A DNA stretch of 53,546 nt from an uncultured Collinsella sp. (GTDB lineage Bacteria; Actinomycetota; Coriobacteriia; Coriobacteriales; Coriobacteriaceae), in NCBI GenBank assembly GCA_958438955.1, contig CAUBTS010000001.1:1-53546 (forward strand). Reading direction: 5' to 3'. Below the pieces are notes generated by a model, which saw nothing but the letters and a program-made list of their open reading frames with translations, had not been told where the DNA came from and made no database searches. The position numbers and the translations under genes were made by a program. This document shows positions 10,810 to 19,515 of this stretch, one piece after another; within the stretch, counting starts at the first letter, position 1, and each line of letters begins with the position of its first letter.

Positions 10810-11238
10810 GTTGTTCACTCCCTCCTGAATCCCATGCCGGAGAGACCCTGTCGACGTTGCCCCGGACCGCCCGTGGTCCGGCATCGGCGTATCGAGTGCA
10901 TGCGGCGAAACAGGCACTTCGATAGAGTTCCTCCAACGATATACAGGCTTAATATACGCAGTTGCAGGTGGCAAACTTGAGCATAGGCCCTGCAATACGG
11001 GTGTATTGCAGGGGTTTTGGCAGGTTGGAATTATTCTCTAGAAGCTATAAAGGTGAGTGTATTACATGCGTACATCCAAGGGAGATTTCACGCTCGTTTA
11101 TAAAGGACGTAATACGTTTGTGATAAATTTCGCGTTCATTAACTTGAGTGCAATAAAGTAGTGGTTATAAGATTAGCTACTAATATTCGATGCTGTATTT
11201 GACCATTCATATTGCACGCTCATTAAGGGGGGCCAGTG

Positions 11239-11562
11239 ATGTCATCGACTCAAAAAAGAGCCATCCTGCAGGTGCGCATTCGCGAGGAAGACAAGCAGCA
11301 TGCCGAGCATCTCTACGACGCCATGGGCACATCGCTCGCCGAAGCCGTCCGCCTATTTGTCGCGCAAAGCATTTTGATGCGCAAGCTTCCCTTTCAGCCA
11401 GTCGCCGTGCGCTCAAAGGACGGCACCGCCGCCTATGGATCGCTCAAAGCATATGGTGACCCCAATCGCCGCTCCGAGGAGCGCAATGCCTGGATTGAAT
11501 ACCTTGCTACAGAAAGCGACGATTCTATTTTGGGCCCCGAGGAAGTAGATATCCATGAGTAG
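11239..11562 (+). CDS. RelB/DinJ-family antitoxin-like protein
   Basis: LQVRIREEDKQHAEHLYDAMGTSLAEAVRLFVAQSILMRKLPF fits the RelB/DinJ ribbon-helix-helix pattern; overlaps the next gene. Confidence 0.8.
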   Translation: MSSTQKRAILQVRIREEDKQHAEHLYDAMGTSLAEAVRLFVAQSILMRKLPFQPVAVRSKDGTAAYGSLKAYGDPNRRSEERNAWIEYLATESDDSILGPEEVDIHE

Positions 11563-12031
11563 CACCATCATCGACGAGACCGTCATCCTGCGCTACCTGC
11601 TTGACGACGACGAGGTTCTGTCACCGCGCGCCGCCAAGGTCATCGCCACGCGCACCGCTCGCGTCTACCCCGAAATCATCACGCGCGTCGTGGTCACGCT
11701 GCGCGACGTCTATAAGGTTCCCCGCGTTGAGATTACTGCGGCCATGAAAAGGCTGCTCGATGCCGTCATGGTCGACGAGCCCACCGTTGTCGCCCTTGCC
11801 GTCAAACTCTTTGGCAAGACCCATATGGACTTTACCGACTGCCTCCTCGCAGCCCGAACCGCCATCTACAACGATGATGTCGTGAGCTTTGGCAAGCCCA
11901 TCATCCAAGGCATGATCGATTACCGCCGCAAGCGCCAAACCGCGGCCGACGCTCGCGACCGCGCCGCCGAAGCCCGCAGCCGAAGCACCGACTCCACCAT
12001 CGACAAGCTCCGCCACCGCCCCCGCAGCTAA
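11555..12031 (+). CDS. PIN-domain (VapC-like) protein with an apparently degenerate active site
   Basis: IIDETVILRYLLDD...DFTDCLLAA...VVSFGK. Confidence 0.75.
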   Translation: MSSTIIDETVILRYLLDDDEVLSPRAAKVIATRTARVYPEIITRVVVTLRDVYKVPRVEITAAMKRLLDAVMVDEPTVVALAVKLFGKTHMDFTDCLLAARTAIYNDDVVSFGKPIIQGMIDYRRKRQTAADARDRAAEARSRSTDSTIDKLRHRPRS

Positions 12032-12046
12032 CCCCATCCCCATCTG

Positions 12047-12113
12047 AGTTGCGGTGAAATACGGACTGTTTCATGCCTTTAAAGGCCTCAACAGTCCGTA
12101 TTTCACCGCAACT
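12047..12113. repeat. 67-bp palindromic element, copy 1
   Basis: Perfect 24-bp inverted repeat AGTTGCGGTGAAATACGGACTGTT / AACAGTCCGTATTTCACCGCAACT with a 19-nt spacer. Confidence 0.95.
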
Positions 12114-12141
12114 TATTGAAGGTGGACCGCGAACGATTTCG

Positions 12142-13164
12142 CTATCGGGAGTCGGCGTAGGGTTTTATTGTCGGAATGCCGTAACCGCGCATCATGGCAC
12201 CGAACGATTCTACGTCGTAGGTGTCCGAGAGTTTGAAATGAATGACGTTGTGGCCCATGGCGCGAAGGTTCGCGTCGCGCATGAGGGCCGCTCGATACGT
12301 TTTTGCCGCCGCCCGCTCTGGATCATTTTGAGCCTCGTCTTCAAACTTGCCTAGCCCATGCAGCTCTGCCAGCGTCCATGAGCCGTCTGGCATCTGCCAG
12401 CCATAATCTGCTAGATAATAGCCAGCGTTTCCCGGTCGCGTTATCTCAACTTGAAGCTCGGGCGCGGCAACCCCAGCGAGAATCATCGCTGCTCTCGCCT
12501 CAGACTCGCCGCCATTGTCTGACCTGCCGTCCATACACTCAAAAACGTCAAAAGCACGCGCGTTGCCATGCAGCCCTCGACAATTTGCCTGCGCATATGC
12601 TCGCAGCTCTTCGCGTTCGACATCGTACTCACGGGCCAAGCCATCGACATAACCCAGCGCATAGCGAAAGGCGCTCGATCGCGCGATATCAACAACCGTT
12701 CGACACGGATCCGTCAGTGTAAACAGACCAAGCCGCCACACTTCGCCCGGGCGCCAGCGCTTGTATTCAACGAACTCATACGTATCACGCCTTGTAGACC
12801 GTGGCAGCAGCACTTGCACTTTATCCAGAAGCGTATACGCCGAGCCGATGCCGTAGAGCAGCGCTGCTGTCGCTCCGCAAAACACAGCATCCGGTTCAAC
12901 GACCGCAATAGCGGATGCCAGCTGAAAGATACGATCTTCAACCCCAAGATTATTCCAATAGACCGGATCCGCATATACATGGTTGTAAAGACGAAGCATG
13001 AGCTCTTCCTGCATAAGCTCGCGCGCACGGCGTTCATCCCAAGGATCAATTGTTATAAGCAGCTGTCCATCTTGATGAATTCCAACGGCCGAGAATAACA
13101 TCCTTGCATAGGACTGCGGAAAATGTTTGCCTTTATCGAGCATGGCCAACCCCATAACCATCAC
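12142..13164 (-). CDS. Actinobacterial AbiEi-like / DUF559-like (PD-(D/E)XK-type) putative DNA-binding nuclease
   Basis: VFCGATAALLYGI, LTDPCRTVVDIAR, SDNGGESEAR, PELQVEI, LADYGW, AELHGLGKF; family call by motif recognition only; start uncertain. Confidence 0.6.
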   Translation of the reverse strand: MMVMGLAMLDKGKHFPQSYARMLFSAVGIHQDGQLLITIDPWDERRARELMQEELMLRLYNHVYADPVYWNNLGVEDRIFQLASAIAVVEPDAVFCGATAALLYGIGSAYTLLDKVQVLLPRSTRRDTYEFVEYKRWRPGEVWRLGLFTLTDPCRTVVDIARSSAFRYALGYVDGLAREYDVEREELRAYAQANCRGLHGNARAFDVFECMDGRSDNGGESEARAAMILAGVAAPELQVEITRPGNAGYYLADYGWQMPDGSWTLAELHGLGKFEDEAQNDPERAAAKTYRAALMRDANLRAMGHNVIHFKLSDTYDVESFGAMMRGYGIPTIKPYADSR

Positions 13165-13328
13165 GGCGGAGAGAATACCATTACGCTATCGCATGCTTCC
13201 GTCCGCAGGCCTTGCCAAAAGCTGACCAAAAGCTTGACGTCGCAGGTCAGAGCTTCAAAAAATATTTCCACTCTCGGTAGACGGTCGCTACGATCCTCCC
13301 AACGGCATCAAAATCCAACCTTACAAAT

Positions 13329-13395
13329 AGTTGCGGTGAAATACGGACTACATGGGCCATAAAAGCCAAAAGACAGTCCGTATTTCACCGCAACT
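13329..13395. repeat. 67-bp palindromic element, copy 2
   Basis: 21-bp inverted repeat AGTTGCGGTGAAATACGGACT / AGTCCGTATTTCACCGCAACT. Confidence 0.95.
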
Positions 13396-13427
13396 TAGAA
13401 GGGGATCTGGGGTCCCGGCATGTATAT

Positions 13428-13464
13428 GAAAATGGCTCTGGTCCCAAAAGGAACCAGAGCCATT
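13428..13464 (-). terminator. Intrinsic terminator after the tRNA pair
   Basis: AATGGCTCTGGTTCC-TTTT-GGGACCAGAGCCATT followed by T residues on the minus strand. Confidence 0.7.
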
Positions 13465-13475
13465 CAGCTATCTTA

Positions 13476-13549
13476 TGGAGCGGGCGACGGGAATCGAACC
13501 CGCGTCATCAGCTTGGAAGGCTGGGGTTCTACCATTGAACTACGCCCGC
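13476..13549 (-). tRNA. tRNA-Gly (TCC)
   Basis: GCGGGCGTAGTTCAATGGTAGAACCCCAGCCTTCCAAGCTG...GGTTCGATTCCCGTCGCCCGCTCCA. Confidence 0.97.
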
Positions 13550-13555
13550 AAGATA

Positions 13556-13632
13556 TGGTCGGGACGACAGGATTTGAACCTGCGACATCCTGCTCCCAAA
13601 GCAGGCGCGCTACCAAACTGCGCCACGTCCCG
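13556..13632 (-). tRNA. tRNA-Pro (TGG)
   Basis: CGGGACGTGGCGCAGTTTGGTAGCGCGCCTGCTTTGGGAGCAGG...GGTTCAAATCCTGTCGTCCCGACCA. Confidence 0.97.
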
Positions 13633-13723
13633 AAGGTGTTGAGCAGCTAAGGTCTAAACCTTGCGTGTCCCAAAGCGAAGGAAATTATAGGGGAGACTCC
13701 CCGCCTGTGCAAGCATTGATGCC

Positions 13724-15082
13724 TTAGCTCCTCGAATGTGCGACAAAACGACTATGGAGCAGACCGATCACAAAGGCAACCACGGCAACCGGCGCCCACG
13801 CGGCACCGATGTCTGCCAGGGGTAGCGCATCAAACGGCAGCCACGCGCCCGCAACGAACGCATCGCGGACCGAGGTGATCACGCTCTGCACGGCGACCAC
13901 GCCGCCGACCCAGACCCACACCTGCGGATGAGCGTCGCAAAAGCCGTGCACCAGGCCCATCAGTACCAGCACGATGGCGACGGGATACAGGGCGTTGAGC
14001 ATGGGCACCGAGAACATAAGGATCACGTCGAGGCCCACGTTGGAGAGCACGCACGAAAACGCTGCGAACACAAAGGCGAGAACCGCAAAGGGACGGCGCA
14101 TGGCCTCCTCGGAGGCCTCCACTCCCCCTTCAACCACGTACGTCTCGCAGAAGTAACGCGAGCAGCAGCTAATAAGACCGATGCACACGTTCATGCAGGC
14201 AAGGAAAAAGATCGCAAAGACCACGACCGTGCCGGCAAGGCCAAAGTGCATGGAGGCCGAACGGGCGAGGATGGCGGCGCCGTTGGTAGCGTCGGGCATC
14301 ACGGTGCCGAGCTGCGTGCCGGCAAGCGCCAGGCCGCAGTAGATGATGGCCATGAGTACGCCGGCAATCACACCGGAGCGCGAAATCTCAAAGGCCACGC
14401 GCTTGTCATCGGTAACACCCAACTCGTGGATGGTCTCGGCGATGATGATGCCGAAGGCGAGCGACGCGAGCAGGTCCATGGTCTGATAGCCAGTCAGAAA
14501 GCCCTGCACGGCGGCGCCTGCATCGTAAGGAGCCAGAGGCGCGGCAGCCGGTCCCAGCGGCGAGATCACGGCAGCACCCACGACCAGCACAATGAGCGCA
14601 ATGAGCGCGGGGCCCGTAATGCGGCCGAGCACGCGTGTGATGACACCCGGGCGCAGCGTGAGCGCAAACGCGACGACAAAGAAGCCAACGGCAAACACCA
14701 GGCGAGCCGTACCGAGCGAGACGCCCTCGGGCAGCAGCGGCACCAGCATCTCGAAGGCCGTGGAGCTCGTGCGCGGAATAGCCAGGCACGGGCCGATGGC
14801 CAGATACACCGCCGCGACAAAGAACTCACCGAACTTGGGGTGCACGCGGCCGGCAAGCTCACGCGCCGTTCCGGCGAGCGCCACGGCGATAAAGCCCATA
14901 ACAGGCAGGCCGATGGCAGCAATCAAAAAGCCAATCATGGCAAGTGGCGTGGCGGTACCGGCCTGAAGTGCCAGCAACGGCGGAATGATGAGGTTACCGG
15001 CGCCAAAGAGCATCGAGAACAGCGCAATGCCGACGGTAACGACATGGTCGGAGCGCAGGCCGCGCGGGGCGGATGAGGCCAT
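13724..15082 (-). CDS. brnQ: Branched-chain amino acid transport system II carrier
   Basis: LFSMLFGAGNLIIPP, IGPCLAIPRT, GYQTMDLLASLAFG. Confidence 0.9.
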   Translation of the reverse strand: MASSAPRGLRSDHVVTVGIALFSMLFGAGNLIIPPLLALQAGTATPLAMIGFLIAAIGLPVMGFIAVALAGTARELAGRVHPKFGEFFVAAVYLAIGPCLAIPRTSSTAFEMLVPLLPEGVSLGTARLVFAVGFFVVAFALTLRPGVITRVLGRITGPALIALIVLVVGAAVISPLGPAAAPLAPYDAGAAVQGFLTGYQTMDLLASLAFGIIIAETIHELGVTDDKRVAFEISRSGVIAGVLMAIIYCGLALAGTQLGTVMPDATNGAAILARSASMHFGLAGTVVVFAIFFLACMNVCIGLISCCSRYFCETYVVEGGVEASEEAMRRPFAVLAFVFAAFSCVLSNVGLDVILMFSVPMLNALYPVAIVLVLMGLVHGFCDAHPQVWVWVGGVVAVQSVITSVRDAFVAGAWLPFDALPLADIGAAWAPVAVVAFVIGLLHSRFVAHSRS

Positions 15083-15102
15083 GGGCACACCTTTCGGGTC
15101 GA

Positions 15103-15136
15103 AACAAAAACGGGACGGGCAAAAACACCCGTCCCG
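15103..15136 (-). terminator. Intrinsic terminator of the selenium operon
   Basis: CGGGACGGG...CCCGTCCCG followed by TTTTTGTTT on the minus strand. Confidence 0.75.
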
Positions 15137-15150
15137 CAAGTATATACGCT

Positions 15151-16290
15151 CTAGCAGGCTAAATCGCGCAAAGCGTCAATCGCGGTGTCGACTTCCTCGG
15201 CCGTATTGAAATAGCCAAACGAGAATCGGACGACACCCTGGCGCTCGGTTCCCAGCGCGCGGTGCATGAGCGGAGCGCAATGGGCGCCGGGGCGCGTCGC
15301 AATCCCCCACCCTTGCATGAGCGCGTCCGAGATCTCGGCCGAATCGATATCGCCCACGTTGAGTGAGACGATCGCCGAGCGCACGGGCTGATCAAACGCA
15401 CCGTAGAGCGCAATGCCGGGGATTTCGCGCACACCGGCAAGGAAGCGATCAGCGAGCGCACGCTCGTGGGCAGCAATCGCCTCGACCCCACCCTGGGCGT
15501 CGATAAAGTCGAGGCCGGCAGAAAGTCCCGCGATGCCGTGACCGTTGAGCGTGCCCGCCTCAAGGCGCGTGGGCCACTCAAGCGGCTGCAGTGCATCGAA
15601 GCTGTGCACACCCGTGCCGCCCATGGCCCACGGAGCCACGTCAATGCCCTCCGCCACGGCCAGCCCGCCGGTCCCTTGCGGACCCATGAGCCCCTTGTGG
15701 CCGGTAAAGCACACGACGTCGAGCCCCATGGCCTGCATATCGATATGCGCCGTGCCGGCAGACTGAGAGGCATCGACGATCAACAGCGCGCCGGCCGCAT
15801 GCGCGATGGCCACCACGCGCGCAATGTCGACCGCGTTACCGGTCACATTGGAGGCGTGCGTCACCACCACGGCGCGCGTACCGGACGTGACCAGCCGCTC
15901 GAGCTCGTCGTAGTCGAGCACGCCGCTCGCATCGCAACCCGCATGCTCAACCGTCACACCCTGCTCCGTCGCCAAGCGATTGAGCGGACGCAGCACGGAA
16001 TTGTGCTCAAGCACCGTCGTGACCACGCGGTCGCCGGGGCGCACCACCCCGTTGATGGCGGTGTTGAGCGCCGCCGTGGAGTTGGGCGTAAAACACACAT
16101 GGTCCGCCCTCGGGCAACCAAAAAGGCGCGCAAGCTTGGCGCGGCAAGCGTGAATCGTACGAGCGGCATCGAGGGCACCCGACGTGGCACCGCGCCCGGC
16201 ATTGCCGAGCGAGCACATCGCCTGCGTCACCGCATCGATGACCGTCTGCGGCTTGTGCATGGTCGTCGCCGCGTTATCCAGGTAGATCAT
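15151..16290 (-). CDS. Class V PLP enzyme, cysteine desulfurase / selenocysteine lyase-like
   Basis: MIYLDNAATT, EHNSV, FTGHKGLMGPQG, RPGAHCAP. Confidence 0.9.
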   Translation of the reverse strand: MIYLDNAATTMHKPQTVIDAVTQAMCSLGNAGRGATSGALDAARTIHACRAKLARLFGCPRADHVCFTPNSTAALNTAINGVVRPGDRVVTTVLEHNSVLRPLNRLATEQGVTVEHAGCDASGVLDYDELERLVTSGTRAVVVTHASNVTGNAVDIARVVAIAHAAGALLIVDASQSAGTAHIDMQAMGLDVVCFTGHKGLMGPQGTGGLAVAEGIDVAPWAMGGTGVHSFDALQPLEWPTRLEAGTLNGHGIAGLSAGLDFIDAQGGVEAIAAHERALADRFLAGVREIPGIALYGAFDQPVRSAIVSLNVGDIDSAEISDALMQGWGIATRPGAHCAPLMHRALGTERQGVVRFSFGYFNTAEEVDTAIDALRDLAC

Positions 16291-16538
16291 CGCACGACCT
16301 CCCACATATCGATCACGGTAAAGCCCTCGGTGGGAACGCCTGCCGCGGCAAGCTCGCCGCGTAGCAGTTCCTCATCTGCAGGCAGGGCTTTCCACGCCAG
16401 ACCGCAGCCAGCGGCGACCTCCCCGGGCACGGGAATCGTTCGCCCGGGAAGGCCGCGCTCGATGCACAGGGACTCGCAGCCCATGGCGGCCGCCGTGGTG
16501 GGAAACGTGATGACAAGCGCCGGGCGCTTCTCCCTCAT
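16287..16538 (-). CDS. DUF3343-family small protein (putative Se/S carrier)
   Basis: VITFPTTAAAM...IPVPGEVAAGCGLAW; ATGA overlap with the next gene. Confidence 0.8.
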   Translation of the reverse strand: MREKRPALVITFPTTAAAMGCESLCIERGLPGRTIPVPGEVAAGCGLAWKALPADEELLRGELAAAGVPTEGFTVIDMWEVVR

Positions 16539-16557
16539 GGCAACTCCAACCAATACG

Positions 16558-17184
16558 CTACGGGCGCACGACGCGCACGGCCTGCTCCATCTTCTCCACG
16601 ATCACGTACATGTTGGTGACCTCGCCCACCGCAAGCTGGTCTTTAATGCCATAGTGGTCCAGGCAGGTGCCGCAGGTAAGGATCTCGACGCCCTGCTCGG
16701 CCAGACCCTTCAGGTCGTCGAGCACCGGTGAGCCCTCGACGGTGAGCTTGGCGCCGCCGTTATAGAACAGCATGGTCGAGGGCAGCTCCTCCTGCTGTGT
16801 CACGGCAAAGATGAAGGCCTTCATGAGCTTGTGGCCCAGCTCGTCGTCGCCGCGGCCCATGCAGTCGGTGTAGACGGAGATGACGAGCTTGCCCTTGCCG
16901 GCGCTGGCATCACAGAAGGCAGCGCCATCCTGCTCGGGATCGGCCACGGCAACGGCGCCAGAGGTCGCCACGGTCACGTGCCACTCGGCGTCAGAAACCT
17001 TCTCGACCGAGGCCGTGCAGCCCTTCTCCTGCGCCATCTTGGAGATGTTCTTGACGGCGGTCTCGTTATCGACCGAGGTCACGACGGTGCCCTCGCCATC
17101 GAGCTGCTTCAGAGCTTTGAGCGTCTTGACGACGGGCAGCGGGCAGGCATCGCCCATGGCATTGACTTCAATCTTGGTAGACAT
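16558..17184 (-). CDS. yedF: Selenium-metabolism protein YedF type (TusA/SirA domain + DsrE-like domain)
   Basis: GDACPLPVVKT, VDNETAVKN, FYNGG, ILTCGTCLDHY. Confidence 0.85.
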   Translation of the reverse strand: MSTKIEVNAMGDACPLPVVKTLKALKQLDGEGTVVTSVDNETAVKNISKMAQEKGCTASVEKVSDAEWHVTVATSGAVAVADPEQDGAAFCDASAGKGKLVISVYTDCMGRGDDELGHKLMKAFIFAVTQQEELPSTMLFYNGGAKLTVEGSPVLDDLKGLAEQGVEILTCGTCLDHYGIKDQLAVGEVTNMYVIVEKMEQAVRVVRP

Positions 17185-17241
17185 ATTTTTTCCTTTCGAA
17201 TAAATCGTTTTAGAACTGTACATAGCTCAATAAACGTGTCG

Positions 17242-18291
17242 TTAACGGACAACGTGGACGGCAGGACCGTCCGGCACCGGCTCGCACACGCGGCCGATTG
17301 TGGCGGCAACACGCCCCTCGGCATGCAGACGGCACGCAAGCTCATCCACATCGGCAGCAGGCGCCGCGATAAGCAGGCCACCAGACGTCTGTGGATCGTA
17401 CAGCGCGTCGAGCATACCTGGCTCCAGGTCCTCGTCGGCAGCCACGCGCGGGCCAAAGAAGTCCTGGTTGCGATAGGAGCCCGCGGGGATAATGCCCAGA
17501 CGCGCCATGTCGAGCACCTGATCAAAGAGTGGCACCGCTCCCGAGGCAAGCTCAACCTGCACGCCCGAGCCCTCGGCCATCTCGCACGCATGCCCGATCA
17601 GACCAAAGCCCGTAATGTCGGTGCAGCCGTGAAGCTCAAGTCCCTCGGCCAGACGAATCGGCGCCTCGTTGAGGGTGCACATCGAGTCAAACATGACTGC
17701 GGCCTCGTCTTGCTCGATGAGCTCGCCCTTAATGGCCGTGGTGATGATGCCCGAGCCGATCGCCTTGGTCAGCAGCAGAACATCGCCCACGCGTGCGCCG
17801 CTGTTGGCGAGCATGCGGTCGAGCGCGACAAAACCACTCACGGACAGGCCGTACTTGGGCTCGTCATCGTTGATGGTATGGCCGCCCGCGATGGAGCAAC
17901 CCGCCTCGACGCACTTGTCGGCGCCGCCCGCCAGAATCTGGCCGGCGACCTCGATGCCCAGGCAGCTCGGGATGCACAGCAAGTTCATGGCATGGCTCGG
18001 CCGCCCGCCCATGGCGTAGATGTCCGACAGCGAGTTGGCCGCGGCGATCTGGCCAAACAGGAACGGGTCGTCGACCATCGGCGGGAAGAAGTCGATGGAC
18101 TGCACGAGACCAAGGTTCTCCCCTACGCGGAAGACGCTCGCATCGTCGGAGGTATCGAACCCCACGAGCAAGTTGTCGTTATGCACATTGGGTAAATCGC
18201 CCAGGACCTGGGCGAGGGCTCCGGGGGCCAACTTAGCGGCTCAACCGCTCGCGGCCGTCATGGACGTGAGCCTCATGGTGTCCTTAGCCAT
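17242..18291 (-). CDS. selD: Selenide, water dikinase with selenocysteine at codon 17
   Basis: MAKDTMRLTSMTAASG-TGA(18241-18243)-AAKLAPG is in frame with track ORF 17242-18231; DDASV, DFFPPMVDDP, GGHT, TDITGFGL, DPQTSGGLL; hairpin UCGCCCAG-GUC-CUGGGCGA at 18197-18215. Confidence 0.93.
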
Positions 18292-19501
18292 ACGAACCCC
18301 CTTCCAACAAATTAACGACTTTAAGTATACGCCCCAGGCACGCTTCCCAAGAGACCGCCGACGGCTCGAACGTCGAAGGCGGAGCCGCAAGCGCCTGCGC
18401 GATAGCATCTGCCAGTGCGCGCTCAAACAACGGAAGGTCGGCCGCCACGGGCGTGTCGACATCCGTCATACGCGGCGACGCCACCCACGTCACGGGAGCA
18501 CCGGGAAGCATCGCCTCCATCCAGGGACGAACGCCGGGCAAATCGGTCGCCACAACTTTGCAGCCGCACGCGAGGGCCTCGATCGTCACGAGCGGCAAAC
18601 CTTCGTAAAACGAAGGCAGCACAAAGACGTCGGAACTGCGGTAGGCACGCACGAGTTCATCGCTATCCAAGCGCCCCGCCAGCGTCACCGGCACATCCGA
18701 GGCCGCGGTCAAGCGCTCGATACGCGCGTACTCGGCATCGTCCCCGCGGCCGCCCACAAGTACCAAGCCAGATGAGCGGACGCCATCGTCAATCGGCAAT
18801 GACACAGCTCGAACCAGCGACTCGACGCCCTTTTTAAAGCAAATCTTGCCCACGTACACAAGCGATCCCGGCTGCCTCGCCACGCTTGCGTCGCGGCAGA
18901 AGACGCGATGGTCGTAGCCCGTCCCAATCACGTGGATGCGATCGGCATCGACGCCGCACACCAGGCCAATCTGCTCAGCCTGCTCAGCGTGGAGCGCAAA
19001 GACGGCATCGAGCCGACGAACCGCACTTACGATGCGATCGCGCTCGAGCGCATGCGAACGCAGCTGGCGCAGGTCGGTCGAATGGCACACGGCAACAACC
19101 GGCACGCCCCGGACGCACTCGCGCGCCAATGCGGTCACAAGATACAGGTGATGGCAGAGCACCAGATCGGGCCGAAACTCAGCCACCGCCCGATCGATTG
19201 CAGCAGCAAATGCCCGCTCAAATGCCTTGAGCATCGAAGGCGTCAGGTCACGATAGCGCGTGGAGGGATAGGGCATGACATCGGACATACCGCAGATGGG
19301 AAACGGCAGCTCGGGCGACTCGAACGGTACGGCAAACACGGCAGCACGCCGGTCCAGCTCGCCTTGGGTATCACCCGGTGCCGCGCCGCAAAGCACGGCG
19401 GCGCGATGCCCCGTCTCGATCTGTTCGCGTACGAGCGCGGCAAGGTAGGTGCCGCTGCCGGTGCTATCTGGTTTTTGCGCCGAGATATTGAGGATGCGCA
19501 T
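18284..19501 (-). CDS. Glycosyltransferase family 4 (GT-B) protein
   Basis: MRILNISAQKPDSTGSG, YVGKICFKKG, FVLPSFYEGLPLVTIEALACG (EX7E motif); stop overlaps the selD start. Confidence 0.88.
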   Translation of the reverse strand: MRILNISAQKPDSTGSGTYLAALVREQIETGHRAAVLCGAAPGDTQGELDRRAAVFAVPFESPELPFPICGMSDVMPYPSTRYRDLTPSMLKAFERAFAAAIDRAVAEFRPDLVLCHHLYLVTALARECVRGVPVVAVCHSTDLRQLRSHALERDRIVSAVRRLDAVFALHAEQAEQIGLVCGVDADRIHVIGTGYDHRVFCRDASVARQPGSLVYVGKICFKKGVESLVRAVSLPIDDGVRSSGLVLVGGRGDDAEYARIERLTAASDVPVTLAGRLDSDELVRAYRSSDVFVLPSFYEGLPLVTIEALACGCKVVATDLPGVRPWMEAMLPGAPVTWVASPRMTDVDTPVAADLPLFERALADAIAQALAAPPSTFEPSAVSWEACLGRILKVVNLLEGGSYG

Positions 19502-19515
19502 GTCGCGGTACACCC

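Noticed and set aside
12047..13395. CRISPR array or classical IS element
   Set aside because: The repeats are dispersed self-palindromes, not a repeat-spacer array; I see no cas genes, DDE or HUH transposase motifs, or target-site duplication
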